This document shows positions 13,076 to 25,202 of a stretch of DNA of 64,000 nt, piece by piece. The stretch comes from Paraspadella gotoi. Lineage: Eukaryota; Animalia; Chaetognatha. A program made the translations under genes and the position numbers. Below the pieces are notes generated by a model. That model made no database searches. It saw only the letters and a program-made list of their open reading frames with translations, and had not been told where the DNA came from. Positions within the stretch are counted from its first letter, which is position 1, and each line of letters starts with the position of its first letter. The stretch spans positions 3,607,957 through 3,671,956 of the forward strand of contig CM119270.1 in assembly GCA_051294375.1 (NCBI GenBank). Direction: 5' to 3'.

Positions 13076-13989
13076 GCTCACCTACTCTTTTCGCTCCTTT
13101 TACCGATTTTTTTCTCTTTTTTCTCGGGAGACCATTCAGTGGCGGTCGTCGGCAACGTTGGGCAGCGGCGGCGGCGGCGGCGGCCAAGGCAGCTGAGGGG
13201 ACCATCTTTGAATAATGAAAGTCGTGGGCCGGAGCTCGAAAAAGAACTGGACTCCTGGCCCGAGAAGATGCAAGTGGAATCGAAAAAGATGGAGTGGGTG
13301 GTGGGTGAGAAGAGAGAGAGAGGAGAGAGAGAAGAGAGAGGAGAAGAGNNNNNNNNNNNNNNNNNNNNNNNNNNNNNNNNNNNNNNNNAATAATCAACTG
13401 ATAGATTTATTCATTAGTAATGAGATGAATTCAGACGTCATCTTAGATGAGGAAGTATGGATGACAATCGATTGATTGATTAATTGATTGATTGATTGGT
13501 TNNNNNNNNNNNNNNNNNNNNNNNNNNNNNNNNNNNNNNNNNNNNNNNNNNNNNNNNNNNNNNNNNNNNNNNNNNNNNNNNNNNNNNNNNNNNNNNNNNN
13601 NNNNNNNNNNNNNNNNNNNNNNNNNNNNNNNNNNNNNNNNNNNNNNNNNNNNNNNNNNNNNNNNNNNNNNNNNNNNNNNNNNNNNNNNNNNNNNNNNNNN
13701 NNNNNNNNNNNNNNNNNNNNNNNNNNNNNNNNNNCGCCCGCCGCCCGCCGCCAGCCGCCCGCCGACGACGCGTCACCGGCCTCGACCTTTGCCGCCCCTG
13801 GCGGCGACGGGCGCAACAGTCGGGAGACGGCGAAGAGATGGTTTTGTCTTTTTTCGGCAGTAGAAGAGGACGGGACAAAATTGGTCTTGGGTGCTGACGA
13901 ACCAGGAAGTAGGGATGGATATTGGACAATTGGACAATTGGACAATGGACAGGGGAAAAGGGATAATGGACATTGAACATTAGACATTA

Positions 13990-14408
13990 GATAGGGAACA
14001 AAGGATATTGGATATGGGACAGGGGACAAAAGATATTGGATATGGGACAGGGGACAAAGGATATTGGNNNNNNNNNNNNNNNNNNNNNNNNNNNNNNNNN
14101 NNNNNNNNNNNNNNNNNNNNNNNNNNNNNNNNNNNNNNNNNNNNNNNNNNNNNNNNNNNNNNNNNNNNNNNNNNNNNNNNNNNNNNNNNNNNNNNNNNNN
14201 NNNNNNNNNNNNNNNNNNNNNNNNNNNNNNNNNNNNNNNNNNNNNNNNNNNNNNNNNNNNNNNNNNNNNNNNNNNNNNNNNNNNNNNNNNNNNNNNNNNN
14301 NNNNNNNNNNNNNNNNNNNNNNNNNNNNNNNNNNNNNNNNNNNNNNNNNNNNNNNNNNNNNNNNNNNNNTATGGGACAGGGGACAAAGGATATTGGATAT
14401 GGGACAGG
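13990..14408 (+). repeat. 28-bp tandem repeat (GGATATTGGATATGGGACAGGGGACAAA) spanning an N gap
   Basis: The same unit is present on both sides of the gap 14068-14369. Confidence 0.85.
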
Positions 14409-16374
14409 GCGACCCATTTTGGTTTTTTGGGCGAGATGGACTGGATTGGAATTTGTTTGTGGGTGACAGACAGACAGATAGACAGACAATTTAGGCGAGA
14501 ACTACTTGAACCTAAAGGAACCAAATGTAATTGAGTGGGACGGTTTAAAATTAGTAGTATTATTGGAAGGCAAGAATGTGTTCTTCTTTGTGCATAGAAA
14601 ATTTTATTCAGGATTTATTTAAAAAAATAGTTAATATACTGTTAATTTGTTTAAACGTCACTCCTATGGAGACAAGTTGAAGTTCATCGTTGGGAAATTG
14701 AAAACCAAAGAGATGGCGCGATTAACGGCGATAGTGGAGTAGCTGACTTTGTCGTTGTTGTTGTGATAATATTGGCTTATTGAATCAATTACTGATGAAG
14801 ACTCGCTCCAACAAGAGGCGAAACATGTACAAACATTAATAAATTCAAATGTTGTTCCTACGAAATTTTCGTTTTCTCTTTAATCACAACAAACAACAAA
14901 AAAGAAAGTCAAATACAATATCCACTAATTTACTGAATATCATTCAACAGTGACAGCAAATTTATGCGAAAATCAATCAGTAGGGAAAAAAGACCTGCCA
15001 GCCTCGGATTTCCATTGGATGGAATTACGAGTACTAAACCCTCCCACGCCGCCGCGCCGGTTTCGAAAAGGGGTTGGATCTCTGAACGAACCGGCGATTT
15101 GACCTATCGCTCTTCCTAAACCGGCAACGATTAATCCTCTTTCTTTTTCCTTTTCCTTTACTTCCTCCTCCTCATTCTCTTAATACCTCTCGTTTTTCCT
15201 CCCTCATTTTTCTCCTCATTTTTCTTCTTCTTTCCCTCCTTTAATTACTTTTCTTTTTTTTTCCTACCTCCTTTGTTCTTCCTTCTTTTTATTCTTCTAT
15301 TTCTTCCTCCTCTTTCTATTTCTCTTTCCTCTAACCTCTTTCCACTTTCTTCTTTTTCTTCATATCTTTCCTCTCTCTACTTAACACTTCCTCCCTCTCT
15401 ATTCTCATCTTCCCTTTTCTCTTCAAATTCCCACCTCCNNNNNNNNNNNNNNNNNNNNNNNNNNNNNNNNNNNNNNNNNNNNNNNNNNNNNNNNNNNNNN
15501 NNNNNNNNNNNNNNNNNNNNNNNNNNNNNNNNNNNNNNNNNNNNNNNNNNNNNNNNNNNNNNNNNNNNNNNNNNNNNNNNNNNNNNNNNNNNNNNNNNNN
15601 NNNNNNNNNNNNNNNNNNNNNNNNNNNNNNNNNNNNNNNNNNNNNNNNNNNNNNNNNNNNNNNNNNNNNNNNNNNNNNNNNNNNNNNNNNNNNNNNNNAA
15701 CCACAAAAGCGGTGGAGAGGGAGATAGGGGGGGTGAAGGATTGATGATAATGAAAAATCATAAGTTTTTGGCTTCTCAATCAATACTATTGACCGTTGAT
15801 GTTTGGGGAGAGGAGTATAAACTATAAAGTAAACAAGTAAACAAAATGTAATGAAAGCAATATATATGACGGAAGTAAAAGAGAAATAAGGTGAAATAAA
15901 AGGTGAGCAAAGGAAAGAAAAAAAGAAAAAAAGAGAAATACGTATTAAAAACGGGAAATATGAAATAGTCATAGGTCCAGGTCAAAAAAGGTAGACCAGA
16001 GCGAGGAAGATAGGCAAAAATAAGAATGGCAAATGAGAGCAAAGAATAGCGGCAAAAGATAGCAAAGAAGAATAGCAAAGCAAATAGAAAAGAGAAAAAT
16101 GGCAAAACGGCCACAAAAAAAAACGATAGAACAACAAAGCACAGAGCAGGAAGAAAAATACGCAAGAGGATGAGTGGCGTGCACATGAAAGGAAAAGAAG
16201 AGATAGGGGCCTTCGCGACGCGGCGAACTAGGCGTTTGGTTCCTCTTCTATTACCTGACGTCAAATCATAGGAAACTGTGGCGCAGAGTTTTTACGGCGC
16301 TTCTGATGATTCCGGGGGGTGGGTCAGGGCGGCGGATTTCGAAGAACAATAATCTATTAGGCGAGGACAACAGG

Positions 16375-16650
16375 ACAACGGCTTATTCCAAGCGGGCTGT
16401 TTGCGCCGCATATACTTTTATTTTTACTTATCTTTTCTTTAAAAAGCAAAAAAGCGCGCGCCAGTAAGTCGCCTTAAGATTTGACTTCTTTAACAATGAG
16501 CCTACAATACTAAAGGCCAACTCATAGGCGTTTTACACGTATAAGTGCCCGGAACAGACCGACGCGCGAGAACATTACCGATCACCGACGCCCGACTGAA
16601 CGACGCGACTACCCGGATCCGAATATAAGTACTTATAGAAGATCGCTGTA
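16375..16650 (-). mobile_element. Degenerate copy of HINE/DINE-1-like family B (see 58988-59353)
   Basis: acaacggcttattccaag..tttgcgccgca matches acaagaccggtaattccaat..gttgagccgca at 58991. Also shared: gcgcg..cagt..cttaa, taacaatgagc, GACC-rich tract, acttata. Confidence 0.5.
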
Positions 16651-19070
16651 ATGGGGCAAGGAGCCATTGCAACGAGGGCTTTGAAAACGGGTTGAGTGTC
16701 GATTTGGAAGTAGAACATGGAAATTATCCTCACTTTTCATGGAACCAAGTATCTCTTCTCGCAAATGACTGAAATGGGACCAACTCATTACTCTGGCTTT
16801 ACCTTTCCTCATCGCGCGTTCCTCAATTTATTCTTTTTTTCATCTTTTTTGCCTTTTCTGTCTTCCTCTCTTATCCTTTTCTGTCATTTTCACTTTTCCT
16901 TTTTGTCATTTCTCTATTTTATATTTTCTGTTATTTCATCTTTTCTTTCGCCCTGATCTTCTATTCTTCTTTCTTTGTCTCTCTTTTCCTTTCTGCTCAT
17001 TTCATCCTTCTTCCCTTTTTTGTCATTTCGTACTAATTTTATCTTTTTGTTAATTTTCAACTTTTCTTTTCATGTCTCATATTTCCTTCATCTTGCTCTT
17101 CTCTTTCTTTTCTGTCATTCTTCACTCTTTCCCTTTTTGTCTTTCTACTATTTTATTTTCTGTTATTTTCACTTTTCTTTCCTGCCATCTCTATTTTTCC
17201 TTTCTTGTCCTCGTTCTTTTTCTTTCTTCTGATCCAGTTCTCTACCTTTTCTTCTCAGGCTATCGCTTATGTTTATTTTACTGTCTTACTCTCTTTTCTG
17301 TCTTTTCTTCTTTCTTCTTCTTCTCTTTTATTATTAATTATTCTCTTTTATCTTTTTTCTTTCATTTTCTCTTTTTCTCCTTTTTTTTCGTCCCTTTCTT
17401 TCTTTGATACTTTGGCCCGCACTCTTTGACGCCATGGCGCAGAAACCTCCTTCCTCAAATACATAACCTTGTCACCTCTCTCTCTCGTCTCTCTCTACTC
17501 TCTCTCTCTCGTTCTCACTTCTCTCCTCTCTCTCTCTCTCTCTCATAACATCTCATCTCTCTCCTCCCAGCACCACTAATCCACATCCACGACTCACAGA
17601 CACAAAGGACACAAGTCTCTTCGATTATTATTCTACGTTTTTCATTCTATTACGAATTTCAGGCAGCAACTACTCTCTCTCTCTCTCTCTCCATACTCTC
17701 TCTCTGCTTGTTCTCTCTCTAGTAACTACTCTTACCTCTCCTACGTCTCTCTATCACTCTCTCTCCCTCAATTTCCACATATTCAAACGCATCATTGTTT
17801 TATTTTCTAACATTCTTTTTTCCTCTTCTCCTTATTTTTGTCGCTCCGGGTTTTTCCCTTCACCAAATTTTTTTTCTGCAAACGAAAAAATGAACCAGTG
17901 GCCGCTCCAATACATGTTCATTGGCTTCTTGAGTCGTTAGTAAATTGCTAATTCCTACAGCGATTGAAAAATTATTTTATGTGTTAAAATATTAAAAATT
18001 TTTAAATAAAATTTTAAAAAGGTTTAAAATTAGCATATTTAAAAAAAGTGCGGTTTTGCATAGGAGCGGTTAGCAATAAAAAAAAATAAGTGCAGAAAAA
18101 AAAAATTCAAATATATTAGATATAAAAAAGTATTCTGATGGAATTTCCATAAAACTAAAAAAAAAATTGTTTTTGTTTCCTAACAATAGAATATTAAAAC
18201 AAAATCTTAGTAATAAAAAATTAAAAAAATAATAACAAAACAAAAATGGTACAAATTTAAAAAGGTATAGTAAATCTGCTAACGCGATTTACGAAAATGA
18301 AAAAAAAAAAACTTCCTTTTTTTTCTCAAAAAATTTCATCTTTTTTTTCTTTCTCTTTATGTTTTCCTTCTTTTTCCTTTATGTTTTCGCTAAGTGCAGA
18401 ATGCGAAAAGGGGAGTTGAACGTTAGGATTTTTTAATTTTTCCTCCTTCATTCATTAAAAAGTCGCTCGAGGTTCGGCGCGGCAGTGGGGTGGTGGATCG
18501 CGGGGGCAGGGGGCTGATGTTTGGGAAGGGGAGGTGAATCGAGTGTAGGGCGTGAAGGGCTTAGTTAGTGGTTGAAGAGGCAGAGTGGCGAATCGTGAGT
18601 GAGTGGTGGAATGGCGGAGCGGCGAATTTCGCACGNNNNNNNNNNNNNNNNNNNNNNNNNNNNNNNNNNNNNNNNNNNNNNNNNNNNNNNNNNNNNNNNN
18701 NNNNNNNNNNNNNNNNNNNNNNNNNNNNNNNNNNNNNNNNNNNNNNNTTGCAATTGAAATGAGTAAAATGTTGTTTTAAAACATCCACATTTGAACTCAT
18801 TGTCATTGACTCTTGATTTATCTCTGACTTAGATTTTCAATCCGATCTAAGATAGTTTGTCCGTTTATCTATCTCTCTCTGTCTCTGTCTCTCGATTTCT
18901 CTTCCGTTTAAAACGGAAATGGAACTTGGCTCAATCCCGGAAGTTTTTGCGTTTATGATGAAAATTACAGGTGAGTTCCAAATGATTACAAAAAAATGTA
19001 TTACATTAAAGAGAGAAAAATATTTAACTCTAAAAATTAAAGTCTGAAATTTTATGTAAACAAGTAAGAG

Positions 19071-19111
<41 letters not shown>

Positions 19112-20500
19112 CCCAAAATTTACGACGTTACTAAGTCGTTACGCCCTTTTACTTTTTCGCTCCCTTTCTAAAAGAGCGAGTAGCGATGAGAAAAACAAAA
19201 AAAAAAAAAAAAAAAAAAGTAGAGAGAGAGAGAGAGGAGATGAGAGAGAGGACTCGAGAGAGAGAGAGGAGAGAGAGAGAGAGATAATTACAAAGAAAAA
19301 AAGATGAAAGAAAACAGAAATAAAGACGTAAAACCAGATAGATAAAGGAAGAATAAAAGAGAAAGATAAAGATAATTAAAGTTGCAGAAATAAAGAAGAG
19401 CCAAAAGAAAGAGAGGTGAATACGAACATAGAATGAAAGAAGAAAAAATAAAAAAAGAAAGAAAAAAAAAGAAAAGAAAGAAAGAAAGAAAAGAAGAAGA
19501 TAAAGAAGAGATGAAATAAATAAATAAATAAAGTAAATAAGAATAAATAAATAAATAAATAATAAATAAATGAAAGAAAAGAAAGAAAGATTAGAAGAGA
19601 AGATATTCTCTCTTTTTNNNNNNNNNNNNNNNNNNNNNNNNNGAAATAAAGAGAAAGACAGATAGATAAAGAGAAAAATAAAAGAGAAAGATAAAGAAAT
19701 AAAGTTGCAGAAAAAAAGAGCGAAAGAAAGAGNNNNNNNNNNNNNNNNNNNNNNNNNNNNNNNNNNNNNNNNNNNNNNNNNNNNNNNNNNNNNNNNNNNN
19801 NNNNNNNNNNNNNNNNNNNNNNNNNNNNNNNNNNNNNNNNNNNNNNNNNNNNNNNNNNNNNNNNNNNNNNNNNNNNNNNNNNNNNNNNNNNNNNNNNNNN
19901 NNNNNNNNNNNNNNNNNNNNNNNNNNNNNNNNNNNNNNNNNNNNNNNNNNNNNNNNNNNNNNNNNNNNNNNNNNNNNNNNNNNNNNNNNNNNNNNNNNNN
20001 NNNNNNNNNNNNNNNNNNNNNNNNNNNNNNNNNNNNNNNNNNNNNNNNNNNNNNNNNNNNNNNNNNNNNNNNNNNNNNNNNNNNNNNNNAAAGAAAGAAA
20101 GAAAGAAGGAGGGAATATTTTAAAGGGAGATTTTTATTTTCCTCGAGAAGGAAAAACGTTAAAAAAATACTCTTCACTCGTAATCGTTTGATTAAAGTGA
20201 ATTCATCTTGGGAAAGGATCTGTNNNNNNNNNNAAGAAATACAGAGCGACCGACCAAAGCAAAAGCTCCGACATATACACACACGAGTTAAAATTGGGAC
20301 GTGAAAGGGAAAAGAGAGAAAAGAGAAAGAAGATTTTTTTCCAAGTTTCGACGGAACATTTTTATAAAATCGACCGAAATAAAGATGGAATCCGGATGGA
20401 AAGACGAGAGAAGCGATAAAAAGCGGGAAAATTTGATGGAAATAAAAATCCGGGGGAAGAAGAAAACTCATCTCGAATTCCGACTTCGGATACAATCTCG

Positions 20501-20550
20501 TGCGCATGCGCAACATTAGCGATTCCGGGTTCTCGGCGCGAAAATGTCGG
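20501..20550 (+). promoter_or_regulatory. Housekeeping-type promoter motif cluster (NRF1 + ETS + E2F)
   Basis: Perfect NRF1 palindrome TGCGCATGCGCA (20501-20512), TTCCGGGT (ETS core, ~20523-20530) and GGCGCGAAAA (E2F, ~20535-20544) within 45 bp of CpG-rich sequence. Confidence 0.45.
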
Positions 20551-21199
20551 AATCGTTTTGCGAGGACAAAGAATCCATTTTTTCTTCTTGCGTTATTCTG
20601 TGTGTTTTTTTTTTTTTTTTTTGTTTTTTTTTTTGTTGGTCGGAGGGAATTTATGATTTACTTAAATGGAAAAAAGTGAAAGTTCGTTCGCGGAGTTCGA
20701 CAGTAAAGATTTTGGCGCTATTTTTCAAAACGGGCACATTTCTGTTTTTGATACCTGATCTTAATTTCAGTGCAAATGTCTAACTCTAATCCACAAATTT
20801 CTAAATTTTTAAAAATTTTAAATATGATCGACACTCGAGGGCAACTGAAGCCGTCGTACAATTAAAATTAACTAAAATGTCCTAAATTTTAAATGTTAAA
20901 TGTTAAACTACAATTCCTTTCTTTTCTGCTCCATTTTTCCTTTCAATTTTATTTTTCCTCTACTCATATACTCCATCACTACTCGACCATCAATCTCAGT
21001 TGTTTTTTGTTGTTTTTTTTTGCTTTTTTTCCCTTTTTTTGTGTTTTGCTTTTTTTTTTGCTTTTCTTCAAAAAGGCCTCTCGCTCTCTCGCTCTCTCGC
21101 TCTCTGTCTCATTTCGTATTCAGTTTCCATCTCCAACTCCCACGTCACTTGTCAACTGACCCCAGTTTCGCAAAAAGCCTCATTTCACATTCCCCCTTT

Positions 21200-21255
<56 letters not shown>

Positions 21256-21399
21256 GTCACATTTAAAACGACGTCAATATTTTCAAGAGACATTCGACGA
21301 TTCGTGACTTTGCCGTGCCGCCCGTCTTGAATCCGCTGCCGCTTCGGCGCCGCCCAGTCACGAGTGTGATTCATTGCCGGTGCAGTGCCACGCTCGGTA

Positions 21400-21547
21400 T
21401 TTGCGGTGCTGCTACGTATTCAATGCGGTGCTGCTACGACTTCAATTCTTTGCTGTCCTGACTTAAATGCGGCGCTGCTTTGTCTTCAATACGGTGCTGC
21501 CCCAGCTTCAATGCGGTGCTATTCCCGCTTGAATACGGCGCCGCCTC
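21400..21547 (+). repeat. ~22-bp diverged tandem repeat (CAATGCGGTGCTGCTACGACTT-like), about 7 units
   Basis: Units caatgcggtgctgctacgactt / aaatgcggcgctgctttgtctt / caatacggtgctgccccagctt / caatgcggtgctattcccgctt are visible directly. Confidence 0.8.
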
Positions 21548-22614
21548 AAGAGAGATATAGAGAGAAAGGACGGGCATCCTAATTTTGCATTCCAGTCGCG
21601 AAGCTTTAAACATTGAGTCTGACAACGACGAAGACGATGACGACGACGACGACGAAGATGACGACGACGAAGAAGAAGAAAAGAAAGACGACAATAAAAT
21701 TGATTGAGTCGTCGTTGTTTCGCGGTTCGAAGTTCAAGACCGAATTTGTGACCGACTTAAAAAACCATTACCCGCATTTTTTTAAATCTTATTTTTCCCA
21801 CTTTTTTTTTGCCAATATTCTTCTTGACTCTTAAGAAAATTAGAAGTGTGAATAACGAAAAGCATAAGTTTAGTGACGATTTAAGAACGATGCCCCCAAT
21901 GAAATACTAAATCCTTTCAAAAGGATAGTTTTTAAATCCTTCTTGTTCCGGCAACGACGACACCAACGAGTTTTGACTGCGTATTCCATCGGAACGATTT
22001 CGTATTCGCGGCATCAGGTTCGCCGCCGCCGCTGCAGCAGCAGCAGCCTCCGGTTCCATTCGGTTCCATCCGCCTCTTGTCTCGTTGACCCTCCAGTCTT
22101 TGCTTCCGGCGAAAGTCTTCATTTTTCTTTTTATGCGAGTTGTCAGGCAGTCGTCGTCATCGTCGTCGTCATTGTTGAAGTCACCGTCCTCGTCTATCAT
22201 CATTATTATCTCCGTCGTCGTCGTCGTCGTCATTGTTGTCGTCGTCGTCATCGTTGTCGACACAATCGTTGTCATGGTTTTCAGTTTGTCCGAAAGTTTC
22301 GGACTTACTCTCGAAACTTTCCAAACCCGACCTCACGTCACTATTGATCGAGTTACAAAGCTGCGTCGCCTCTACATTTATGACTACAACCATCTTTCAC
22401 ATATATCATACATCGAAACAAAACTAATATTGTTTTGATTTATAAAATTCTCTCTTCAGACGTCTTCATAATAAACACAATTTTTTCTCAGAAACTTTTT
22501 ACTCTTACGTTTTTCTTTTATCGAATCGAAGTTTCGTAGACCAACTCTTTTTTTTTTCTTTTTTTCTTTTTTTTAAATTTTTTTTATTTTTGTTTATTTT
22601 TCTCAACGACGAAG

Positions 22615-24674
22615 ATGGAGAAGTTCCTTATCGTGATTTTGTTAGCGTCCCTCGTGATGGTCGCTTGCGGAGGTAAGGCCTCTTAAGGATGCGGTGAAAG
22701 CAGTGTCACACTTCCAGTTCCGCTGATCACATTAACTTTGTCGATTTAGGGAGAAATGAGTTTGATGGGGATTTCGCCGAAGAATCAGTAAATCGCTTGA
22801 GGCGAGAAAATCCTCCCGAGAAAGAGGTAAGTTTGGGTGGGGTAATATCAGTTTCCTTTTTACCATTTACATTCTCATCAGAATGTATGTCATAAATTTG
22901 AAATATTTTTAAATAAGACATCGATAAATAAGAGAAAAAAACCGATCAACTTGAAACACGATTTCTATGGTTTTTATGGTTTTTATCATCCTTTAGTTGG
23001 ACGAAACCGAGACTCTGAACGAGAACGAGGCCGTGAAAGAAAATTCGCCTTTGAAGAAATTGTCTTACAGTAAGTAAAGTTTTTTTTAAATATAGGGACT
23101 TGCAAATTCGACGACTAACGTGAATGAACTCCGCAATATAATAAATGTCATTTTTTTTATCAGTGAAAAAGCGAAATGACGCAGATACAGAAGAGTGTGA
23201 TAAAAATATGCGTAAGATATCATTAGCTATTTATTTTTTATTCATTTATTTATTTTTACCTATATATTTATTTAATATCATGGCCATGCATTTTTTTCAG
23301 TTGAAAACCACCATCACAAGACCTATATCACTTTTCTCTCGAACGATTTTGATAGCTGTGGATCAAAGATTTTCAATGAGAGCAATGCATGGGAGAAGTA
23401 CAAAAGGGGATTCAGCTTCGGTTAGAATTAAATTTTATATTCTTAAAATTATAATTCATATCTCAACCGTTAAGACAAATGATTTTTAGCTAAGACACTT
23501 TTTTTTTAATTATTTAAATGATTGGTTGGATATGCTATGTTTAAAACAGTTTGAAGTAAGAATGAGAAAGTATTTAATTACCAATAAATATTTTTAGGTA
23601 GTTTTTCCAGACCAAAGATAGTGATTATGTAGTTTTTCAGAGAGCTCATTCTGGAAAGATTTGAAGTTTCAATTTGTAATATTTTTGGCCTTTGCTTGCC
23701 ATAAGGAAATATAAGTTTCAAATTACAATTATTTATTGAGAAAAACACATTATTTCAAAGACTTCTGCTTCAGAAACAAAGAATTAAAATACAAACCATT
23801 GTTGGGATACAAAAAACAAAAGCGACGTCTATAAGTTAGGATTTTCTGAATTTTTAAATGCCAGCTTTCAGTTGCTTGCCTCTGTATTTTGTTTGTTTCT
23901 TTTCATAAAAAGCTACAATTTTCCCTTAAAACAGCAGGATTATTAATATGACATAATATTATTGTGATAAATATTCAAGAATAGTTGAGTATCTAAAATT
24001 TTTGGTATTAATGTAATTTTTATGATCATTTAATCTTGTTTTCCATAATCTTCCCGTCTCTCCAATATAACATTTCCCACATTGTAATAATAATTTTTCT
24101 CTTTAGGGAGAGAATTGTGGCTAGGATTGGACACTCTACACAGCCTGACCAAGACGGGAAAATGGAATTTGATTATAAAAATGAAATGGTGGAAAAAGGG
24201 CGAGTGGGGGAATGATGACAGCGAAGATGACCCAAAGCGGGGGGAGTGGGGACGCGCTGCTTATTGTAACTTTAAGGTAAGCGATCCAAATTAATCCAAA
24301 TAAAAATTATAAATAAATTTCTCTTTCTCTTCCCCTTGGCCTTACTCGCATTGAAGGTCAAAGATGAAGCGAGCAACTACCAGTGGACTTTCTCCAATTC
24401 CGTCGTTGTTGATAATCTCCATCTCGGCTGCGGAGTCATTGGTAACTACAACAACATGATGTTCTCGACGGCGGATCGAGACAATGACAAAATCTACAAA
24501 AAAAATTGCGCCCAAGTTATGGGAGGAGGATTTTGGCACAATGAATGCGGCCTCACGGAATTCTTTCGTCAGCACGGCATCAAGGAGGGCGGTTATGAAG
24601 ACAAAAAATATTGTTCCTCCAAAACGCAATGGTTCACTCCTTCAAAGATTATCATGGCGATCTTTCACGATTGA
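22615..24674 (+). CDS. Secreted fibrinogen-related domain (FReD / fibrinogen C-terminal) protein, 7 exons, 287 aa
   Basis: Exons 22615-22672, 22750-22826, 22997-23069, 23164-23211, 23301-23420, 24107-24276 and 24357-24674. All introns are GT-AG and phase-compatible; 864 nt spliced with no internal stop. Signal peptide MEKFLIVILLASLVMVACG. FReD motifs: FNESNAWEKYKRGF, ELWLGLDTLHSLT, FKVKDEASNY, MMFSTADRDND, NCAQVMGGGFWHNEC. AATAAA about 50 bp after the stop. Confidence 0.93.
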
Positions 24675-24961
24675 ATTGATCAGTACGGATTGTGTGAAAT
24701 TCTGGAATCTCATCTTCAACAAAAATAAAATCTAATTGAAACTTTTTCTTGTGAAACCTTTTTTTTAGAGATATTTAAGCAATATTTACCAATGTAGTTG
24801 TTAATTTCATAGTTTAACATTTTAATCACGTTACTGCTTCCTTATTTTTATTGCTTAAATGTATTTTACTATACTAACTGAATTTCAATTTTCTTTTAAT
24901 TTACCTCTCTCAATATTACTGACCTTAACCTGACCTTAACCTCTCTCTCTCTCTCTTTCTT

Positions 24962-25049
<88 letters not shown>

Positions 25050-25202
25050 GTCACGATGAAGAAGGCTAACATTTTGCATAAAAAGAGTAAAGAAATTTCC
25101 CACTTCAAAATGACGGGGAACAAACCATTTTATTTATAAAAAGTTAATACCGCTTAACTCACTGTACCACCTCCAACATTAGTTGATTTTTTGTTATTAC
25201 AA

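Noticed and set aside
12201-13397. 398-aa Leu/Ser/Pro/Phe ORF
   Set aside because: It is the translation of a GA-rich repeat and begins in an N gap.
15776-17429. Multiple Phe/Leu-rich 'membrane protein' ORFs
   Set aside because: They arise from purine- or pyrimidine-skewed low-complexity DNA, open in several frames at once.
21400-21547. Possible CRISPR-like array
   Set aside because: The units are contiguous 22-mers without unique 25-45-bp spacers, there are no cas genes, and the context is eukaryotic.
24336-24356. ORF-track start MALLALK for the FReD ORF
   Set aside because: It is intronic sequence with a TTG start. The exon begins at 24357 after AAG and joins exon 6 to give NFK|VKDEASNY.
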